Below are positions 57,606 through 64,000 of a stretch of 64,000 nucleotides of DNA, one piece after another (the stretch's first letter is position 1; each line of letters begins with the position of its first letter). A program made the position numbers and the translations under genes. The notes below the pieces were generated by a model. It did not search any database, was not told the DNA's origin, and saw only the letters and a list, made by a program, of their open reading frames with translations. Source of the stretch: Pseudothermotoga sp. (GTDB lineage Bacteria > Thermotogota > Thermotogae > Thermotogales > DSM-5069); the NCBI GenBank assembly GCA_031962025.1, contig JAVRKW010000003.1. One strand, 5' to 3'.

Positions 57606-57852
57606 ACTCGGTGAAAAAACGTATGATCTGACAACTGATGCGAATGAGGAAGAACTCATAAACGTCCTGAACCGCATTCAGACCCAGTACTCCCAGATTA
57701 AAAACAGTGCACAGGATGCCGAAATAGATGAAATTCTCATTGTTATGCTCGCAAATGCCGTGTTAGATCAGGTGAGATGTGAAAAAACCATCTCGCAACT
57801 GATAGCAAAACTCAATCAATTTGCACCGAGAAAAGAGGGAAAAACAAATTGA
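57583..57852 (+). CDS. zapA: Cell division protein ZapA
   Basis: Beta-beta-helix-helix pattern ITIRLGEKTYDL...EEEL...VML-A-N. Confidence 0.7.
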   Translation: MRKSITIRLGEKTYDLTTDANEEELINVLNRIQTQYSQIKNSAQDAEIDEILIVMLANAVLDQVRCEKTISQLIAKLNQFAPRKEGKTN

Positions 57853-58616
57853 AAATAGGGCTTTTTGACTCGGGCATAGGTGGCTTGACCGTTTTAGCTC
57901 AGCTTGCAAAATACATGCCTGGTGGTGAATATTTTTATGTTGCCGATACTTTTAATGCCCCATTTGGAACTAAGACGCAGGAGCAGATTTTAAAAATATC
58001 TCTCAGAATCATGGACTTTTTACAAAAATCTGGTGTTGAATGCATAGTAACTGCGTGCAATACGGCTGATGCATCGATCAGATCTGCAGAGGCGGATTTG
58101 AAAATACCGTATTTCGGTATACTCGATTTTGAGATCCCTGAAAAACTCCAAAAAGTAGCCGTGATTGCCACAAAATTCACAGCCGAGAGTGGAATCTATT
58201 CAAAGATTTTAAAAAGCAAAGGTGTGAAAGAGGTGCTTGAGATACCATGTCAAGGTCTTGTTAAAATAGTTGAAGAAGATCTGATAGATTCACCGTTAGC
58301 GGATCAGGAGATTGAAAAATGCATGGGTATACTCAGAAACAGTGATATTTCCACTTTGATATTTGGTTGCACTCATTTCCCTTTTTTGGCAGATAGAATA
58401 AAAATTCACTTCCCGAAGCTGATTTTATTTGATCCGGCACAAACCGTTGCTGAAAAAATTTCACAAAAGTTTGTAAAACGGACCGATCAAGGGAAGGTGA
58501 GTTTTTTTGTCACAGGTGATCCTGTGAATTTTTCCATTAAAATACAGAAAAAACAGCATTTTTTTGGTTTACCTTTCACGATTCAACAGATCGATCTGGG
58601 GGACTTGAAAAGATGA
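57849..58616 (+). CDS. murI: Glutamate racemase
   Basis: FDSGIGGLTV, PFG, ACNTA, GCTHFP. Confidence 0.93.
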   Translation: MKIGLFDSGIGGLTVLAQLAKYMPGGEYFYVADTFNAPFGTKTQEQILKISLRIMDFLQKSGVECIVTACNTADASIRSAEADLKIPYFGILDFEIPEKLQKVAVIATKFTAESGIYSKILKSKGVKEVLEIPCQGLVKIVEEDLIDSPLADQEIEKCMGILRNSDISTLIFGCTHFPFLADRIKIHFPKLILFDPAQTVAEKISQKFVKRTDQGKVSFFVTGDPVNFSIKIQKKQHFFGLPFTIQQIDLGDLKR

Positions 58617-59449
58617 AGAGAGTTCTGGTTGTTTCCGGACTGTCGGGTGCAGGTAAAAGCACAGCCATAAAAGTCCTGGAAGACATGGGATTTTTTTGCA
58701 TAGACAATTTGCCTCCTGCTCTTCTCAACGACTTCATGGCTCTTTTATCCAGTTCTTCTGTTGAAAAGGTCGCACTGGTTATAGATGTAAGGAGCGTTCA
58801 GCTCGGCGATACCGTCCAGGCGGTTAACAGGTTGATTGAAAACTATGACGGTCTTGTCACTGTGATATTTCTTGAGGCTTCCGTTGAAGAATTGCTCAGA
58901 AGATTTGCCGCAACACGTAGACGGCATCCTCTTGAAGGGGCTTTGAACCTTGAACAGGCGATCATGAAAGAAAAAGAGATGCTCAGAGAAATAAGGGAAA
59001 TTTCCATCGTCATAGATACCACAGACTTGGACATACATTCATTGCGCGAGAAAATAGGTTCTTTGTTGAGAGAAGAAGAACAATTCATTATCAGGATAAG
59101 GAGCTTTGGATTCAAGTATGGAATACCGCTCGACACAGATTTTGTGATAGACACGCGCTTTTTACCAAATCCTTTTTATGAAAAAGAGCTGGCACCGCTT
59201 GATGGTAGACATGATAAGGTAAAGGAGTTTTTCAGTAGATACGACATCGTTCAGCAGTTCATAGAGTGCGCTGCAAAGATGGTAACCTTGGCTGCCCATG
59301 GGTACATGAAAGAAGGAAGGGCAACGATGACAGTCTCTGTGGGTTGTACCGGCGGAAGACATAGATCGGTTTACATAGTGGAAAGACTTTTTGAGTTACT
59401 TCAGGAAAATTTCACAGTTTATGTGGAGCACAGGGATGTGAACAAATGA
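58613..59449 (+). CDS. rapZ: RNase adapter RapZ/YvcJ
   Basis: GLSGAGKS, DNLP, RRHPL, SFGFKYG, RFLPNP, GCTGGRHRSV. Confidence 0.95.
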   Translation: MKRVLVVSGLSGAGKSTAIKVLEDMGFFCIDNLPPALLNDFMALLSSSSVEKVALVIDVRSVQLGDTVQAVNRLIENYDGLVTVIFLEASVEELLRRFAATRRRHPLEGALNLEQAIMKEKEMLREIREISIVIDTTDLDIHSLREKIGSLLREEEQFIIRIRSFGFKYGIPLDTDFVIDTRFLPNPFYEKELAPLDGRHDKVKEFFSRYDIVQQFIECAAKMVTLAAHGYMKEGRATMTVSVGCTGGRHRSVYIVERLFELLQENFTVYVEHRDVNK

Positions 59450-60399
59450 AGGTTGTTGCCATTGGTGGAGGGACAGGTCTTTCCGTTCTCTTGAGAGGCT
59501 TGAAGAATTACGATATAGATCTCACTGCGGTTGTCGCGGTGACAGATGAAGGGGGAAGTTCGGGCAAGATCAGGCAGGAACTGGAGGTTCCTCCTCCCGG
59601 TGATGTTCGAAACAACATCATAGCACTTGCACAGGACGAGAGTTTGATGAGTCGTATTTTTTCTTATAGATTTCAGAGCAACGGTACTCTCTCAAATCAC
59701 AGTGTTGGGAATATCATTTTAGCGGCGCTGACGAGAATGACTGGCAGTTTCAACATGGCTGTCAAATTGGCTTCTAAAATCCTTGCCATTAAAGGTAAAG
59801 TACTGCCTGTATGTGAGCAATTGATCAGGCTTGTTGCTACTTATGATGATGGTACGACGATAGTCGGAGAGACTCAGATCATTCAAAAGCGTGCAAGGAT
59901 AATCTCTGTAAAACTCGACAGACCGGCAAAGGCTCTCGATGAAGTCGTCGAAGTTTTAGAAACATCTGACCTGATTATTTTCGGTCCTGGCAGTCTTTAT
60001 ACGAGCTTGATAACAAACCTTCTTGTTGAGGGTGTCCCACAGGCTATAAATCACAACAAAAATGCGATCAAAATTTACATTGCAAATATAATGACTCAAC
60101 CGGGCGAAACACTCGATATGAGTTTACAGGACCATGTTCGTGAACTGGAAAGGTACCTGAATGGCTCAGTGGACTTTGTCATTGCAAACAACTCGGATTT
60201 TCCAGAGCATTTGATCGATTCTTATTCGCTTGAAGGTGCCGAGCCGGTAATTCCAAAAGGTGCGATTGATAAAAGATACATTTTAAGACCTTTGCTCAAG
60301 ACAGTTTATGAGCCAGGTGATCTTCGACCCAAGGCAAGACACGATTCGGAGTTACTTGCCAAAGCCGTTTTTGAGGTTTGTGGGAGAAAATTCGCATGA
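59446..60399 (+). CDS. yvcK: YvcK/GlmR family uridine-diphosphate-sugar-binding protein
   Basis: GGGTGL, DEGGSSG, PPGD, GPGSLYTS, TQPGET, RHD. Confidence 0.93.
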   Translation: MKVVAIGGGTGLSVLLRGLKNYDIDLTAVVAVTDEGGSSGKIRQELEVPPPGDVRNNIIALAQDESLMSRIFSYRFQSNGTLSNHSVGNIILAALTRMTGSFNMAVKLASKILAIKGKVLPVCEQLIRLVATYDDGTTIVGETQIIQKRARIISVKLDRPAKALDEVVEVLETSDLIIFGPGSLYTSLITNLLVEGVPQAINHNKNAIKIYIANIMTQPGETLDMSLQDHVRELERYLNGSVDFVIANNSDFPEHLIDSYSLEGAEPVIPKGAIDKRYILRPLLKTVYEPGDLRPKARHDSELLAKAVFEVCGRKFA

Positions 60400-61322
60400 G
60401 AAAGATGAGTTTTTCTGAGAAAGTGAGATACGAACTGTGCTCTTTGAAGATTTCTGATGCCATTGAAGCTGAAGCTGAAATAATGGGTTTTGTAAAAGCA
60501 AAAGGAGTTTTGAGATTATCGAATGAAGGTACGGCTGTCTCGATAACTCTGCCAAATATACAGATTGCAAGGAGATTTTTAAAACTCGTAGATCTTTTTC
60601 CAATCCGTGAACACAGAACGGTAGTTGTGCAGACTCAGCGATTGTGGAAACAAAAGGGAGTACAATTTGATCTACCTACCACATTTTTGAAAAACTTCCA
60701 GGAATTTTTCGATGAACACATTCCCGCAAAAATATCAGACGATCCTGCTCTTTTTGGAATTTTCCTTAGGGGTCTTTACTTGGCATCGGGCTCAGTGGTC
60801 GATCCAGCTATTTCATACCATCTGGAAATTACCGGTGGTTCGAGAGAATTTTTGGAGCAGATTCGTGCTTTTCTCAAAAACAGATTTGGTATAGAATCAA
60901 AAGTCTGGCAATCACGTCAGAATTACAAACTTTCTATCAGAAGAGCGAATGATCTGATTGAAACTCTGAACCTGATTGGAGCAGTTGAGTCTGCCACAGC
61001 AGTTGAACAGATAGTACAAAAACGCTCTGTTGCATCTGATGTTAACAGAAGTATGAACTTTCTGTCTGCAAATGCTGATAGAATAGGAATTAGTACGGCA
61101 AGACAGATGAGGGCTATCGAGATAATTGACAAAAGCATCGGAATAGATTCACTGGAAGATGATCTGAAAAAACTGGCAAGGTTGAGAATAGAAAACGAAG
61201 ATCTGAGTCTGAGAGAACTGGGTGAGATGATGGAACCAAAGATGAGCAAGTCAATGGTTTATTCAAGGATGAAAAAAATCATACAACTTGCGCATAAAAT
61301 TGAAAGAGGGCAGGTTAAATGA
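60396..61322 (+). CDS. whiA: DNA-binding protein WhiA
   Basis: [35 protein letters not shown]; follows yvcK. Confidence 0.92.
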   Translation: MRKMSFSEKVRYELCSLKISDAIEAEAEIMGFVKAKGVLRLSNEGTAVSITLPNIQIARRFLKLVDLFPIREHRTVVVQTQRLWKQKGVQFDLPTTFLKNFQEFFDEHIPAKISDDPALFGIFLRGLYLASGSVVDPAISYHLEITGGSREFLEQIRAFLKNRFGIESKVWQSRQNYKLSIRRANDLIETLNLIGAVESATAVEQIVQKRSVASDVNRSMNFLSANADRIGISTARQMRAIEIIDKSIGIDSLEDDLKKLARLRIENEDLSLRELGEMMEPKMSKSMVYSRMKKIIQLAHKIERGQVK

Positions 61323-61786
61323 AGTGCCCTTTTTGTGGTTTTCCAGACAGCAGGGTTCTGGATTCAAGACCCACGCTCGACGGGACAGCTATAAGAAGAC
61401 GTAGAGAGTGCCCCGAGTGCGGTGCAAGGTTCACGACATATGAAAGGTACGAATTGCTACCTTTGATAGTAGTGAAAAAAGATGGGCGCAGGGAAACTTT
61501 TGATCGTTCAAAACTTCTAAATGGTGTCTTAAAAGCGTGCGAGAAAAGACCGATTTCCTACGATACCCTTGAGAAACTGGTTGAGGAGGTTGAGCTGACC
61601 TTACAGAGGCAGGGAACTACTGAGATACCTTCAAAGTTTATAGGTGAACTGGTTATGTCAAAGCTCAGGCAGATAGATCAGGTTGCCTATGTTAGATTTG
61701 CATCTGTCTACAAAGATTTTCGTGAAATAGACCAATTTCTTGAGATCGTAAAAGAATTGAAAAAAGATCAGGAGGTGGAAAGATGA
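61319..61786 (+). CDS. nrdR: Transcriptional repressor NrdR
   Basis: MKCPFC, IRRRREC, ATP-cone [15 protein letters not shown]. Confidence 0.97.
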   Translation: MKCPFCGFPDSRVLDSRPTLDGTAIRRRRECPECGARFTTYERYELLPLIVVKKDGRRETFDRSKLLNGVLKACEKRPISYDTLEKLVEEVELTLQRQGTTEIPSKFIGELVMSKLRQIDQVAYVRFASVYKDFREIDQFLEIVKELKKDQEVER

Positions 61787-62274
61787 ACAAAAAGAACGTA
61801 ATTCAACTGACAAAGGAAGGGTATGAGGAGCTCAGGCAGGAGCTCGATTCGCTCAAGCAAAAACTCATGTATGAGATTTCACAGAGGATAAAGGAAGCAC
61901 GTGAGCTGGGAGATCTTGCTGAGAACACAGAATACGATGAAGCCAAGAATGAACAGGGAAGAATAGGAAGCAGGATAGCTGAACTGGAACAGATCCTGAA
62001 CAACTCCGAGATCATTGAAAATACAGATTCAAGTCAGATCTCTGTGGGTTCGTGGGTACTGATAAAGAATCTGAACACCGGTGAGGAACGTTCGGTGAGA
62101 CTTGTGAATCCACAGGAAGCAGATGTTTTTTCAAACAAAATAAGTGTTGATTCACCTGTGGGAAGAGCACTTCTGGGAAGAAGAGTCGGTGAAGTTGTCA
62201 AATTGAAAGCTCCTTCTGGTTCTGTGAGATATGAGATCGTTGGTATAAGCACAAGATCTATTGAACAAGAATGA
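61783..62274 (+). CDS. greA: Transcription elongation factor GreA
   Basis: [29 protein letters not shown]. Confidence 0.96.
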   Translation: MNKKNVIQLTKEGYEELRQELDSLKQKLMYEISQRIKEARELGDLAENTEYDEAKNEQGRIGSRIAELEQILNNSEIIENTDSSQISVGSWVLIKNLNTGEERSVRLVNPQEADVFSNKISVDSPVGRALLGRRVGEVVKLKAPSGSVRYEIVGISTRSIEQE

Positions 62275-62283
62275 GGTGATCGT

Positions 62284-63780
62284 GTGATAGAGGAAATCAA
62301 AAAACAGCGTGCGAAAGAAGTAGAGGAACTCAGGGCACTCGGCATAAATCCATACCCGTATAGATTTGAAAAGAAACACAGTACGAAGATGATTCATCAA
62401 GCCTACGATTTTCTCCAGCCCGGACAGGTATTGGAAAATGAAAGAATTCAAACTGCTGGTCGCATCATGACAATAAGGCTGCACGGTAAATCGTGCTTTT
62501 TCACATTACGTGATTTTGACGGAAGGATTCAGGCTTACATCAGACAAGAGGAAGTCTCAGAACGCAGTTATGAATTGTTCAAAAAATACATCGCACCAGG
62601 CGATTTTGTCGGAATAGTTGGTTTTCCATTCAAAAGCAAAACGGGAGAGTTGACCATATACGTCAAGGAATACCAACTTTTGAGCAAAGCAAGAAGACCC
62701 CTACCGGAAAAGTGGCATGGTCTTAAAGACAAAGAAGTGGCATACCGACAGCGGTACGTCGACATGATAGCCAACGATTCGACCCTGGAGAGGTTCAAGA
62801 TTCGCTATAAAGCCATTTCTTTTATAAGAGAATTCCTGACAAAAAGAGGTTTTGTTGAAGTCGAAACTCCTATACTCAATTTCATACCCGGTGGTGGTGC
62901 GGCAAAACCATTTGTCACCAGGCTCGAGGCATTAGACTGTGAAATGTATTTGAGGATAGCGCCTGAACTTCATCTTAAAAGATACATAGTTGGAGGGTTT
63001 GAAAAAGTATTTGAGCTCGGCAAGAATTTCAGAAATGAAGGTATTTCGTACAAGCACAGTCCCGAATTCACATCCATAGAGGTGTATCAGGCTTATGCAG
63101 ATTACCACGATATGATGGAGCTGACTGAAACCCTGATCTCTGAACTTGTATTTCATCTGTATGGTTCTTACAAGTTGAATTACCAGGGTACGGAACTCGA
63201 TTTTACTCCTCCATGGAAAAGGCTTAGAATGAGAGAATTCATAAAAGAAAAACTCGGTGTCGATATACTCGAAGACAGTGAAGAAACACTCGAAAAGGTT
63301 CTCAAAAGCCACGGTGTTGAACTGGACACAAATACCAGAGCCAGAATGATTGAAAAACTCTGGGATCTGCTTGAAGATCAGGTTATTCAGCCAACCTTTT
63401 TGATGGACCATCCAGTTGAAATCTCTCCATTGGCGAAAAGACATAGGGAAGACCCCAGACTGACCGAGAGGTTTGAACCTATCATCTTTGGGATGGAGCT
63501 CGGGAATGCTTTCAGTGAATTGAACGATCCGGATGATCAATTTGAGAGATTCAAATCTCAACTAAAGCTCAGAGAAGCAGGAGATGAAGAAGCACACAGA
63601 ATGGATCTGGATTTCATAAGGGCTTTAGAGTATGGGCTTCCACCCACAGGTGGTCTGGGCATTGGTATAGACAGGTTGATCATGCTTTTAACAGATTCTG
63701 GGTCGATCAGGGATGTCATAGCCTTCCCGCTTGTCACTCAGAGCGATGACGATGAATTTGAAGGGAGTGCAGCACAATGA
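62284..63780 (+). CDS. lysS: Lysyl-tRNA synthetase, class II
   Basis: [40 protein letters not shown]. Confidence 0.98.
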   Translation: MIEEIKKQRAKEVEELRALGINPYPYRFEKKHSTKMIHQAYDFLQPGQVLENERIQTAGRIMTIRLHGKSCFFTLRDFDGRIQAYIRQEEVSERSYELFKKYIAPGDFVGIVGFPFKSKTGELTIYVKEYQLLSKARRPLPEKWHGLKDKEVAYRQRYVDMIANDSTLERFKIRYKAISFIREFLTKRGFVEVETPILNFIPGGGAAKPFVTRLEALDCEMYLRIAPELHLKRYIVGGFEKVFELGKNFRNEGISYKHSPEFTSIEVYQAYADYHDMMELTETLISELVFHLYGSYKLNYQGTELDFTPPWKRLRMREFIKEKLGVDILEDSEETLEKVLKSHGVELDTNTRARMIEKLWDLLEDQVIQPTFLMDHPVEISPLAKRHREDPRLTERFEPIIFGMELGNAFSELNDPDDQFERFKSQLKLREAGDEEAHRMDLDFIRALEYGLPPTGGLGIGIDRLIMLLTDSGSIRDVIAFPLVTQSDDDEFEGSAAQ

Positions 63781-64000
63781 GAGAATGGTTCAAGAAATGG
63801 CAAAAGGTCATAGTCTGGATCATAGCGGCTTCTTTTATTGCAGGAATTGCCTGGTGGTCAGTTGCCAGTTATGTTTCTGCAAGAACATCAAGCGGCGGTT
63901 CGTCAATTGACCAGGCTGTTGGTTATATCAAGATCAATGGTTCGGCGGTTTCAGATTCAGCAACATGGGTTTTGCCGGCAGAACTCGATACCGAGTACAG
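63777..64000 (+). CDS. Membrane-anchored protein, possibly SurA/PpiD-like (runs off the window end)
   Basis: ATG overlaps the lysS stop; [29 protein letters not shown]... open to the end of the window. Confidence 0.55.
   Translation, partial: MREWFKKWQKVIVWIIAASFIAGIAWWSVASYVSARTSSGGSSIDQAVGYIKINGSAVSDSATWVLPAELDTEY

Noticed and set aside
57849..57860. 6S RNA downstream of zapA
   Set aside because: murI overlaps the zapA stop, leaving no room
1..64000. CRISPR array, IS element, integrase or prophage
   Set aside because: No regularly spaced repeats, and no transposase, integrase or phage structural motifs in any listed ORF

Overview
64 kb of densely coding bacterial chromosome, most likely a Thermotogae (Pseudothermotoga/Thermotoga-like) thermophile. 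The taxon is inferred from the gene set and order: Pif1-WYL helicase, GDPD-DUF3242, TM0106-type nuclease, zapB-zapA-murI-rapZ-yvcK-whiA-nrdR-greA-lysS. About 60 CDS, one tRNA-Ala(CGC), several intrinsic terminators and sigma70-type promoters are visible. I found no CRISPR array, transposase, integrase or rRNA. The left end carries a small accessory block: DUF2922, a short BsaWI-like endonuclease and an amino-methyltransferase with an N-terminal ribbon-helix-helix-like extension. Next is a ~17 kb neighbourhood of enzymes for D-amino-acid or gamma/iso-peptide bonds around an Opp transporter whose binding protein has SLH-like repeats. Other points of interest are putative toga (outer-membrane) beta-barrels, a catalytically eroded GH3/NagZ-like protein, a radical SAM-TetR operon with a visible operator, and several apparently leaderless genes. 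All family calls come from motif recognition by eye, not from database searches.
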